Shown in pieces: positions 27,789-37,019 of a DNA stretch of 64,000 nt (its first letter is position 1; every line of letters begins with the position of its first letter). The notes beneath the pieces were generated by a model, which saw nothing but the letters and a program-made list of their open reading frames with translations, did no database searches and had not been told where the DNA came from. The translations under genes were made by a program, and so were the position numbers. Origin of the DNA: Flavobacteriaceae bacterium (lineage in GTDB: Bacteria > Bacteroidota > Bacteroidia > Flavobacteriales > Flavobacteriaceae); contig JAESRX010000064.1 of the NCBI GenBank assembly GCA_016764435.1, positions 25,818 to 89,817 of the forward strand, written 5' to 3'.

Positions 27789-29717
27789 ATGTTAAAAAGT
27801 AACATAGATGCGTCAACGGATTTCGAACAGCGATTCGAGAGCATTGACACCCTAATTTTTGAGCACTCCACCGATGCTGTAAAAGTCATCGCTAAAGAAA
27901 TAGCCGATTTAATTCGCGTAAAACAAGCCTTAAAACAACCCTGTATTTTAGGTTTGGCTACAGGTTCTTCCCCGAAAGGATTGTACCATGAACTTGTGAG
28001 ATTACACAAGGAAGAAGGATTGAGTTTTAAAAACGTAATCACATTTAACTTGGACGAATACTATCCTATGGAACCAGATTCTGTAAATAGTTATGTTCGT
28101 TTTATGAAGAGTTTACTCTTCGACCAAGTCGATATTTTACCTGAAAACTGTAACGTTCCTGACGGGACTTTAAAGAAATCTGAAATTGCAGATTACTGTG
28201 CCGCTTACGAAGCAAAAATTGAATCCTTAGGTGGTTTAGACATTCAAATCTTAGGAATTGGAGGAAACGGACATATCGGTTTTAATGAATCTGGATCTTT
28301 ACAGAATTCAAAAACGAGATTGGTGGCATTGGATCATATCACAAGAGTAGCCGCAAGTAGCGATTTTTCTGGATTGAACAATACCCCTAGAACCGCCATT
28401 ACTTTAGGAGTCAAAAAAATAATGGAAGCCAAACGTGTTATTTTAATGGCATGGGGTGAAGGAAAAGCAAACATCATCCAAACCTCTGTAGAAGGACCTG
28501 TTACAACACAAGTCCCTGCATCATTTTTACAAGAACACAACAATGTTATTTTTGTCATTGACAAAGAAGCCTCTTCTAAATTAACCCGTATTAATACACC
28601 TTGGTTAGTAGAAAAAATAGAATGGACGGACATGTTAATTCGAAAAGCTGTACTAGGATTGGCCTTAAAAGTGAACAAACCTATTTTAATGCTTACGGAT
28701 GCCGATTATATCGAAAATGGTATGAGTGATTTGTTAGCAGACAAAGGGCCTGCTTACGATATCAATATTCGAATTTTCAACAAACTTCAAAATACCATTA
28801 CTGGTTGGCCAGGAGGAAAACCAAACGCAGATGACCACAACCGTCCAGAACGTGCAGAACCTGCAAGAAAACGAATCTTAATATTTAGTCCTCACCCGGA
28901 TGATGATATTATTAGTATGGGTGGAACATTCAAACGTTTACAAGAGCAAGGACATGATGTACATGTTGCCTACCAAACTTCTGGTAACATTGCTGTAGCG
29001 GATGATGAAGCCTTACGTTTTGCTAATTTTGTATGTGATTACAACACTAAATTCGGCATCAAAAATGACGAAGCAACAGGTATTTATAACGAAGCCACTA
29101 CCTTTTTAACCAACAAGAAGAACAGTGATATTGATACGATAGAAGTTAGAAATATCAAAGGATTGATTCGTAAAGGTGAAGCGAGATCTACCAGTCATTT
29201 TATTGGATTGGACAATGATCATATCCACTTTATGGAATTGCCTTTTTACGAAACTGGGCGTATAGAAAAAGACGAGGTTGGAGAAAAAGACATTGAATTA
29301 ACCGTGGCATTAATAGATGAAATTAAACCTCATCAAATTTATGCTGCTGGAGATTTAGCCGATCCACACGGAACACATAAAGTGTGTTTAGATGCTATTT
29401 TTGAAGCGTTAAAACGCTTAAAAAAGAAAAGCTACATGAAAGACTGTTGGGTTTGGTTATACCGTGGAGCCTGGCAAGAATGGGGTATTGACGAAATTGA
29501 AATGGCCGTGCCAATGGGACCGGATCAAGTCTTAGAAAAAAGACATGGAATTTTCAAACATCAATCTCAAAAGGATGGTGTGGTATTCCAAGGTGCTGAC
29601 AGTCGTGAATTTTGGCAACGTGCTGAAGTTCGCAATAAAGAAACTGCCGATCGTTATGACGAACTAGGAATGGCGCATTATGCGGCCATGGAAGCCTTTG
29701 TACGTTGGAGATTTTAA
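27789..29717 (+). CDS. nagB: Long-form glucosamine-6-phosphate deaminase (NagB domain plus LmbE/PIG-L-like domain)
   Basis: N-terminal NagB motifs (LGLATGSSP, LDEYY, GIGGNGHIGFNE) and C-terminal PIG-L motif (FSPHPDDDIISMGG ... DPHGTH). The 642-aa architecture is common in Bacteroidota. Confidence 0.85.
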   Translation: MLKSNIDASTDFEQRFESIDTLIFEHSTDAVKVIAKEIADLIRVKQALKQPCILGLATGSSPKGLYHELVRLHKEEGLSFKNVITFNLDEYYPMEPDSVNSYVRFMKSLLFDQVDILPENCNVPDGTLKKSEIADYCAAYEAKIESLGGLDIQILGIGGNGHIGFNESGSLQNSKTRLVALDHITRVAASSDFSGLNNTPRTAITLGVKKIMEAKRVILMAWGEGKANIIQTSVEGPVTTQVPASFLQEHNNVIFVIDKEASSKLTRINTPWLVEKIEWTDMLIRKAVLGLALKVNKPILMLTDADYIENGMSDLLADKGPAYDINIRIFNKLQNTITGWPGGKPNADDHNRPERAEPARKRILIFSPHPDDDIISMGGTFKRLQEQGHDVHVAYQTSGNIAVADDEALRFANFVCDYNTKFGIKNDEATGIYNEATTFLTNKKNSDIDTIEVRNIKGLIRKGEARSTSHFIGLDNDHIHFMELPFYETGRIEKDEVGEKDIELTVALIDEIKPHQIYAAGDLADPHGTHKVCLDAIFEALKRLKKKSYMKDCWVWLYRGAWQEWGIDEIEMAVPMGPDQVLEKRHGIFKHQSQKDGVVFQGADSREFWQRAEVRNKETADRYDELGMAHYAAMEAFVRWRF

Positions 29718-29747
29718 TGACACTAAAAGGTATTTTAAAATAGCCCT

Positions 29748-30095
29748 ATGATCAGGAACACATTAAACGAAGAACTCATGGAGAAAGCAAGCATAGAATT
29801 CACAAAACCATATCACAAAATTGAATATCGTTTTAAAGAATTGAACGCCATAAACGGAGCCGACTTTCTAAATCATATCGCTGGAAATTACGCCTTAAAT
29901 TTCAAGGTAGAAACAAGTGCTCATTTAAAAGTCTACTATCCGAATGGATGGTTTGATATCCGGATGCAAGAAGAGGCTCAAAACGTAGTCAGTCTACAAT
30001 TAGACATCTATGATAAAACCTTGCTGGAAGGAAAACGAACCTTACAACAATTAGAAGACCTGCATCAGCAACTTTTAAAATACAGTGCTAATTAA
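29748..30095 (+). CDS. Hypothetical protein (115 aa), last gene of the amino-sugar operon
   Basis: ORF 30 nt after nagB, followed by a strong terminator. No recognisable motif. Confidence 0.55.
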   Translation: MIRNTLNEELMEKASIEFTKPYHKIEYRFKELNAINGADFLNHIAGNYALNFKVETSAHLKVYYPNGWFDIRMQEEAQNVVSLQLDIYDKTLLEGKRTLQQLEDLHQQLLKYSAN

Positions 30096-30174
30096 CATTG
30101 GCATTTACCACAAGTAGTTTTAACAAACTATTTTTCTTACAATAGTAAGTGATTGATCTATTGTATTACAAAAA

Positions 30175-30202
30175 CGGAGCGCCAAAAGCGCTCCGTTTTT
30201 TT
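30175..30202. terminator. Bidirectional rho-independent terminator
   Basis: cggagcgc / gcgctccg 8-bp GC-rich stem with loop caaaa, flanked by A5 upstream and T7 downstream. Confidence 0.8.
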
Positions 30203-30531
30203 ATATAATAAGAGGGGAGTTCCGCTGACATTATGGAACTTAATGTCCTGAAAACAGCTAAACAAAGAAGCATCGAACTCTTTTACGCTACGATTTAACC
30301 GACGCACTTGACGATTCTATTTCACCCAAAAAAGACCCTGTATATCCTTGATTGTAAAATAAATGAATCTCCTTATTGACATCACCGTCATAAACAGTTT
30401 GTAAAAACCCATAAAATGAACCCCCTATAATAGCTCTAATTTCTACTTCAAATAAGGCTCGTATCTGTGTTTATAAAAAAGACAGTCCTAAGATTTTACC
30501 CTGAATGGAAGTCCTAAAAAATGAGCGGGTA

Positions 30532-31167
30532 TTAAGCGCTCCATGTTTGGGAAAATAAATAATAAAAAGCTTCGTCCGGACTCGTAATTATTGCTAATTT
30601 AAAATACTCTTGAATAAATGCAATACGTTTATTACCAGAAGGATGTGTAAAACTACCTGTACCTAGTAAAGATTTCAGGAAACTTAATTGCACTTCTAAT
30701 TTAATTTTCATTGCTGGTTCGTGAATCAACAGTAGATGAACCGCCATTAAATCCGCTAAAAACTCTGCTTTTTGATAAGGATTAATAACAGCACCTGCAG
30801 GAATCTCCTCCCCTAATTCAAATTTTATTGCTTGTGAAATTGTTGCAATATGTGCCACTTCATGTGCTAAAACAAATACTTGAATAGCCTCTTTATCCGA
30901 GTTTATCAAGCCTTGGCTTACCTCAACATATCCAAAGGATGCTCCAGCATTTATAGACAAATCCTTTGTGTCTACCACAAATTCTGTAGGAATATCAAGG
31001 GCCTTAAAAGAGTTGAATAATGGTACAACTTTAGAGGTGTACACGTTTTCCAATAGTTCTTGTTTACTGAGAACTTGCAACACTTCCTTCTGTATTTCAG
31101 AGGAGGAATTACACGCAATAAAAGTAATTAACAGAATAATAAGTGCCTTTAATTTTAATGTTTTCAT
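30532..31167 (-). CDS. Lipoprotein with HExxH zinc-metallopeptidase motif
   Basis: Lipoprotein signal MKTLKLKALIILLITFIAC and the motif FVLAHEVAHIAT. Confidence 0.65.
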   Translation of the reverse strand: MKTLKLKALIILLITFIACNSSSEIQKEVLQVLSKQELLENVYTSKVVPLFNSFKALDIPTEFVVDTKDLSINAGASFGYVEVSQGLINSDKEAIQVFVLAHEVAHIATISQAIKFELGEEIPAGAVINPYQKAEFLADLMAVHLLLIHEPAMKIKLEVQLSFLKSLLGTGSFTHPSGNKRIAFIQEYFKLAIITSPDEAFYYLFSQTWSA

Positions 31168-31178
31168 GATTTTTTGAT

Positions 31179-31213
31179 AAAAAAAACGGACATACTAATC
31201 AAAGCATATCCGT
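31179..31213 (-). terminator. Probable terminator after the PUL lipoprotein gene
   Basis: On the minus strand, acggatat / atgtccgt (8 bp, one mismatch) with a 12-nt loop is followed by T8. Confidence 0.45.
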
Positions 31214-31274
31214 TTATGTAAGTATTAATCCAAGGTAATTATACAGCTTACCTTTTGGTTTTACTATCGATAAA

Positions 31275-32303
31275 TTATTCTGTGATATACGTATATGTTT
31301 TTGCAACAGTTGCAAAACCACCAAAATAGGTATAGGCCGCAGAAACAGGGAAATTATCTACATTATATTCATAAATTACAGCTTCATCAGCTAAAGTTCC
31401 TGTAGCAGGGTTATTATTATTTACCGCATGGATTCCAACATTGATTATTGAATATGCCTTCGGGTAAATTCCTTTAAAAGGATTGTTTTTATCGTCATAA
31501 GTTGCCGTATAAACTTGACCAAATCTATTTTCGGTAGTAACATTCCCATTTTCATATTCAAAAGAAATTACAGATACTGAATCTGCATCTGTATGATCAA
31601 TTCTAGTTTCTGTAACCAACTCACCCGTTAAAGCATCATACTCATAAGAGTACGTATTTGTTAACTCTTCGTCTTTTTTTATCAACGCAGTTGTTATCAC
31701 ACCTAATTCATTATACACATAGGTAATTGCGCTATTATCAGCAACTACATTTTTTCCGATTACTTGATTTTTACCATCGAATACAAACGTAACAATCGTT
31801 GTGGTGATATCTCCAAAGTCATTCGCAACAATTTCAATTTCAGACACAAATTTAGCGTCAGAATATGCATACGTATAAACGGCAGTTTCACCATATAAAT
31901 CAGCAATTTCATACACTCCTAATTGAGTTCCACTCCCTACTTCTCCACGTACATTTACAGTTACGGGATATGTTTTTATAGTTCCATCTTCTGCCGTTAC
32001 TGTAAAAACAGTAGCCACGCCGTCTACATAATCAACTTCCATTCCTGAAGCTGGTACAATTTCAGCTAAAGCATCTACAGTAATTGTAGCGACTAAACCT
32101 TCTAATGTTGTTCCAAAAGGAACACTTACTGCAATACTGTTTCCTAAATCGTAGGTAATAGCATCAGATTCAATTCCTTCAAAATTGATTTCGAAAGCTG
32201 TTATGTTGTTTAAACTTGACAATGCAACATCATCGTCATCCGAACAAGAAACGAATGCTGCTGTAGCAATAAATAAACATAAAATTGAATACACTTTTTT
32301 CAT
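31275..32303 (-). CDS. PUL-associated surface lipoprotein with YD-like repeats
   Basis: Lipoprotein signal (LFIATAAFVSCSDDDD). It lies directly downstream of susD. The C-terminal half has repeated Y-x-Y-D/N-x-x-G motifs (YVYNELGVIT, YSYEYDALTGELVT, ISFEYENGNVTT, YTATYDDKNNPF, VIYEYNVDNFP). Confidence 0.7.
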   Translation of the reverse strand: MKKVYSILCLFIATAAFVSCSDDDDVALSSLNNITAFEINFEGIESDAITYDLGNSIAVSVPFGTTLEGLVATITVDALAEIVPASGMEVDYVDGVATVFTVTAEDGTIKTYPVTVNVRGEVGSGTQLGVYEIADLYGETAVYTYAYSDAKFVSEIEIVANDFGDITTTIVTFVFDGKNQVIGKNVVADNSAITYVYNELGVITTALIKKDEELTNTYSYEYDALTGELVTETRIDHTDADSVSVISFEYENGNVTTENRFGQVYTATYDDKNNPFKGIYPKAYSIINVGIHAVNNNNPATGTLADEAVIYEYNVDNFPVSAAYTYFGGFATVAKTYTYITE

Positions 32304-32383
32304 AATAAAAAAACTTTAAATTGTTATTTGACCTCTAAATATTAAAATACCACCCAAGAGGAAATTACGAGCGATACCTCTGG

Positions 32384-33700
32384 TTATAAATTTGGATTAC
32401 TTATTTGAGCGTCTTTTGGAAAAGGAATGACATACCTTGTATCTTGTGCTTGTAAGGTGAAGGTTTCACCTCCAAATGATTTGCTTATTTCGGCTTGGCT
32501 AGTACGTCTAAGATCGTTCCATCTATGTCCTTCTATGGCCAATTCTCTTTTTCTTTCTTCTAAAATTTCTTCTTTTAGTTCTGACAAGCTCAATGCACTT
32601 AAAGCCATTTTATAGGTTTCAAAACCTTCTGTAGAATACCTATATTTAGCCAATGCTAACAAGGTGGTTTCAGCCGATGCTTGTTCTTTTAATTCCGCCA
32701 ATGCTTCGGCCTTATTTAAATACAATTCGGCAACCCTAAACGTACATTTAAAGCCATCATGTCCGCTTTTTTTGGTTTTATAGACCCCCTTTACATCGGT
32801 GAAATAAACTTCAAACCTACCATCCGTAGTTTGGTTATAGCTCTCAATAAGTGATTCCGAAATACTTGCATTATTTGCAATATCAAAAGAAGCCACTATT
32901 TCCAATGCCAAAATAGACTCTACTGAATTGTATTCAGAAGGCATCATCTCTGAACTTATAGTTAAATCCATCAAATTGGCATTTATTTCCAATGCTAAAT
33001 TCGATGCATCCACCGATTTTTGCCATTCATTTTGATATAAAAACACACGTGATTTAAAACTCTGAATTGCGACAACGGAAAATCGGTAATTAAACCCTAA
33101 CGATTGCTCTACTGTAGTGAGTAATTTTTCAGAAGCTTCAATATCACTTAAGATTAAGTCATAGACCACCTGCACTGTTTGTTTTGGATATGTTTTATCC
33201 GAATCATAATGGGTAGTGATGGGAACTCCAATGTCTGTAGTAGCCGTCGTTTTATGATAAGGAACTGCATATAAATTCACCAATTCAAAATACTGTAAAG
33301 CACGCAATGCATGCGCCTCTCCTACTAACTGGTCTATCTCTTCTTGATCTCCCGTCATGATATCCTTGTTATCAATTACATGATTGGCATAAAAAATAGT
33401 ATTGTAAAAGCTCGCATAGGCAAAAGAACGTGTTAATGGACTTGGGTTATTGTCATTCCAGGTAAAAATATCTTCGTATTGCTCTATTCCAACAGCTTTT
33501 GGATCTAAAGACAATTCGTCACTTCTGTAGGTAGTTAATACTTTATGCTCCTTCGTGGACGCATAGGCCGTGGTTAAAAAACTACGGTAATCTTTTACGG
33601 TTATTGGAATAATTTGCCCTACAGGATCTATGTCCAAATAATCATTACAAGAAATAAAACTCGTGATAAAAAGTACTGTTATATATTTTAAATATTTCAT
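32384..33700 (-). CDS. RagB/SusD family nutrient-binding outer membrane lipoprotein
   Basis: Lipoprotein signal (FITSFISCNDYLDIDP), a TPR-like helical core, and the RRxELxxEGHRWxDLRR motif (ERKRELAIEGHRWNDLRR). Confidence 0.9.
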   Translation of the reverse strand: MKYLKYITVLFITSFISCNDYLDIDPVGQIIPITVKDYRSFLTTAYASTKEHKVLTTYRSDELSLDPKAVGIEQYEDIFTWNDNNPSPLTRSFAYASFYNTIFYANHVIDNKDIMTGDQEEIDQLVGEAHALRALQYFELVNLYAVPYHKTTATTDIGVPITTHYDSDKTYPKQTVQVVYDLILSDIEASEKLLTTVEQSLGFNYRFSVVAIQSFKSRVFLYQNEWQKSVDASNLALEINANLMDLTISSEMMPSEYNSVESILALEIVASFDIANNASISESLIESYNQTTDGRFEVYFTDVKGVYKTKKSGHDGFKCTFRVAELYLNKAEALAELKEQASAETTLLALAKYRYSTEGFETYKMALSALSLSELKEEILEERKRELAIEGHRWNDLRRTSQAEISKSFGGETFTLQAQDTRYVIPFPKDAQISNPNL

Positions 33701-33711
33701 GTTTCTCTGTA

Positions 33712-36700
33712 TTAAAATGATATGTTAACGCCTAATGAAATTACCTTAGGAATCGGTTGTGCATAAATACTTCCATAAGTTTCTGGATCAAAATAGCCGT
33801 CATAATTAGACCCCAACACAAATAAATTTCGTCCTTCTAAACTAAAATTCATACGAGATAATTTCAGCTTTTCCAATTGCTTTTTAGGTAAAGAATAACC
33901 TAATTGAATGCTACTAATTCTGAGGTAAGAAATATCTTTCACCCAGATATCTAAATCATTATACGTACGTCCATCATCTGAAGAATTAAACCAGCTATAC
34001 ACTAAATCTGTATCAAAACCTGGTGTGGTATATCCAATTAACGCTGGATAATTCCCGGTTCCTGCTTTTAAAATATCCGTTGAGTAATTTTTCCCCGGAT
34101 CTACCAATGTTGGTTTGTATGATGGGGATTGTCTCACTGTTTTTTTGATATTAAAATTAGCAGAGATCTTTAAATTAAATTGTTTGTATTTAAAAGTATT
34201 GATTAACCCTCCACTAAACTTAGGAGTTCCATCCCCTACATAGCTATATAAATCCCTATGCTCTTCTCTGGTCAACTGTCTTCCGTCCGTAGCTTCTGTT
34301 AATTTATAAAAATCAACCGCTGATATTTTCTTGCCATCTTTCCAAAATAAAGGCAAACCATTACTATCGATTCCAGCTGTTTTAATCGCAAAAATGGCTT
34401 TTACGCTGTATCCTTTTAAAGAAGGTTTAAAATCTTCGTCTCTAATTTCAATTTCTTCCACTAAACTTTTATTGTGTGAGATATTAAAACTGGTAGACCA
34501 GCTAAAATTAGGAGTGTAGATATTGCGAGAGTTGATTGCCAATTCAAATCCTTTGTTACTAATCGTAGCCCAGTTTGTATTGATAAAATTATAGCCACTT
34601 TCTAATGGAACAGATTTCAATCCTATTAGATCACTACTCTTACGTTGGTAATAATCTCCTGAAATGTAAATTTTATTATCAAACAATCCCAAGTCAAAAC
34701 CAATGTTAGAAGACACGGTCTTTTCCCATCGTAATTTAGCGTTCGGTGCATTTTGAACACGAATAATTTGCTCCGAATTCCCCGGTAACACACTGGTCAA
34801 ATAATATTCTCCCACCACATATGGCGAAGTCGTTTTATCTATATTTCCTTGTACTCCGTAGGATCCTCTGAATTTTAACTCGTTTATCACATCTATATAA
34901 TCCATAAACTCTTCCTGCATTACATTCCAAGAACCCGCCATAGACCATAATGGTAAATATCGATACTTTGGATCGACACCAAATAGGTTAGAACCATCAT
35001 ATCTTAAACTTCCAAAGACTGTATACTTCTTATCAAAAGTATAGGAAGTAGTCGCAAAAAACGATGCGTATGTATTTTCTATAAACGATTTCCTATAGGT
35101 TTCAAAGGAAGCTAATGACAATGCTCTTTCGTCAGTAATTGCTGTAGTGGTTAAAGTATTGGGATTGTACCCAAAACCTTTACTATGAATTAATGTCTTG
35201 TTGTTTTTTCTAAACTCGGTTCCCGCCATCACATCTAATTCATGAATATCATTAAACGATGTATTGTAATTTACCGTTGATTTCCAGTTGTACTGAAAGG
35301 CATCTGAATTCCAATTTTGAATGATTCCTCCTTTAGGTAAAAAATAATCATAGCCACCATTCCCATCGCTATAGCGAGATTTCTGCTCGTATTTACGTGT
35401 GTAATAACTGTTTTCATCTCCAAATTTCTCTGTTTTACCAAAATCCATTTGAAGCCCTAATTGGCTATTAAACTGTAATTCTTTATTGATTTTATAATGA
35501 ACATCAAAAATTGCTTTTAAAGAATTAGATGTCAATTCATAATTGGTGTTTTTTCTCTCTTCTAGGATATTATAATCAAGGTTTAAATCCGAACGTTCTA
35601 TCAAGTCGGGATCATAGACATAATTACCATCCACGTCCGTTACTTTTAAATATGGGTTGGCTGTTCTTGAATAATAAGAAGGATTGGTATAGGAATCTAC
35701 CCCCGTAATATAAGAGTAGGATTTATTTTGACTTCCAAACAACGCCACTCCTACACTCAATTTATTTGAAATAGAATAATTATTCTTAATGGTAATATTA
35801 TACCGTTTTAAGCCCGTTCCTTTCGTAGCTCCTTTTTCGTCAAAAACTCCTGCAGAAAAATAATAATCATTTTTTTCTCCCCCTCCAGAAAGGCTCAAAC
35901 TATACTGTTGGTTTAAGGCCATTTGATAAAGCTCATCTCCCCAGCTAGTAGTTGTAGTTCTTAAGTTGTTAATTGCTTGTTGGGCTGCTGGATCAATACT
36001 ATTAAAACCATTGTTCACATAATTAGCGTACGCACCATAATTATTCAAAATTCTAGCGACTTCTCCTCTATTGGATTGGTATTTTAAATCAGATCTTCCA
36101 GCCAACATCAATTCAAAGTCTACTTTCTGATCCGAATTCATTAAATTCAATTTAGAAAAATCTGCTTTTTGAGTCACAAAACTAGTCGCATTAAAATTAA
36201 TACGCATGGCTCCTTTTTTCCCTCTTTTACTGGTAATAACAATCACTCCATTGGCAGCACGCGCTCCATAAATAGAGGTGGCTGAGGCATCTTTTAATAC
36301 CGTAATACTTTCTATATCTTCTGGATTTAAACCTGCAATTGCGTACGATTCTAAGTTGTCAATAGAGTCTTTATCTCCATAATTTTTAGGAATATCGTTC
36401 CCTTCTAATGGGATTCCATCCAATACCCATAATGGATCTGAAGATCCGTTCAAGGTAGATGTACCACGAATGCTGATTTTTGCAGGCGCTCCTGGCCCAC
36501 CATTTGTAGCCGTGATGAGAACACCTGAAATTTGACCAGATAACATTTGGTCTACATTGGCAACACCCGCTTGATGGATTTCTGCTATTTTCACCTTCGC
36601 ATAAGACGAGGTCATTTTACGTTTTTCAATTTTTTGATATCCCGTGATAATCACTTCACCCAATCGTTCCGAAGACTCTTTTAAGAAAATTTTTAAATTT

Positions 36701-37011
36701 GAAAAATTTTCAGTAACATCTATCTTTTGAGTTTCGTAGCCCATATAAGACACAATAATATAGCGGATCTCTGTGGAAACAGTAAACTTAAAATCCCCAT
36801 CAAAATCTGTGGTAGAACCAAGCATTGCTCCTTGAATAACCCCTTCTATATTTGTTTTATGGCTAATAATAGCTGACGAAGCAAATACAGACGCTCCAAT
36901 CACTGGCATGTTTGCGTTTGCATCAAAAACGTTCCCGCTGATTGTTTTTTGCTCTTGTGCCAACAATATCGTTGGCAATAGTAGTAGCAATACGTAAATT
37001 ATTTTTTTCAT
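33712..37011 (-). CDS. SusC/RagA family TonB-dependent outer membrane transporter
   Basis: Signal peptide, a carboxypeptidase-regulatory-like N-terminal domain (ISGNVFDANANMPVIGASV), a TonB-box/plug region (VIITGYQK, SITVLKDASATSIYGARAANGVIVITSKRG) and a terminal aromatic residue (...GVNISF). Confidence 0.9.
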   Translation of the reverse strand: MKKIIYVLLLLLPTILLAQEQKTISGNVFDANANMPVIGASVFASSAIISHKTNIEGVIQGAMLGSTTDFDGDFKFTVSTEIRYIIVSYMGYETQKIDVTENFSNLKIFLKESSERLGEVIITGYQKIEKRKMTSSYAKVKIAEIHQAGVANVDQMLSGQISGVLITATNGGPGAPAKISIRGTSTLNGSSDPLWVLDGIPLEGNDIPKNYGDKDSIDNLESYAIAGLNPEDIESITVLKDASATSIYGARAANGVIVITSKRGKKGAMRINFNATSFVTQKADFSKLNLMNSDQKVDFELMLAGRSDLKYQSNRGEVARILNNYGAYANYVNNGFNSIDPAAQQAINNLRTTTTSWGDELYQMALNQQYSLSLSGGGEKNDYYFSAGVFDEKGATKGTGLKRYNITIKNNYSISNKLSVGVALFGSQNKSYSYITGVDSYTNPSYYSRTANPYLKVTDVDGNYVYDPDLIERSDLNLDYNILEERKNTNYELTSNSLKAIFDVHYKINKELQFNSQLGLQMDFGKTEKFGDENSYYTRKYEQKSRYSDGNGGYDYFLPKGGIIQNWNSDAFQYNWKSTVNYNTSFNDIHELDVMAGTEFRKNNKTLIHSKGFGYNPNTLTTTAITDERALSLASFETYRKSFIENTYASFFATTSYTFDKKYTVFGSLRYDGSNLFGVDPKYRYLPLWSMAGSWNVMQEEFMDYIDVINELKFRGSYGVQGNIDKTTSPYVVGEYYLTSVLPGNSEQIIRVQNAPNAKLRWEKTVSSNIGFDLGLFDNKIYISGDYYQRKSSDLIGLKSVPLESGYNFINTNWATISNKGFELAINSRNIYTPNFSWSTSFNISHNKSLVEEIEIRDEDFKPSLKGYSVKAIFAIKTAGIDSNGLPLFWKDGKKISAVDFYKLTEATDGRQLTREEHRDLYSYVGDGTPKFSGGLINTFKYKQFNLKISANFNIKKTVRQSPSYKPTLVDPGKNYSTDILKAGTGNYPALIGYTTPGFDTDLVYSWFNSSDDGRTYNDLDIWVKDISYLRISSIQLGYSLPKKQLEKLKLSRMNFSLEGRNLFVLGSNYDGYFDPETYGSIYAQPIPKVISLGVNISF

Positions 37012-37019
37012 CGTCTCTT

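Noticed and set aside
30291-30470. Minus-strand 60-codon open frame (..ALFEVEIRAIIGGSFYGFLQTVYDGDVNKEIHLFYNQGYTGSFLGEIESS..) that looks protein-like, possibly a remnant of a regulator gene
   Set aside because: It has no start codon and is bounded by stops. The resemblance to cNMP-binding/Crp-type N-termini is only impressionistic. At best it is a gene fragment.
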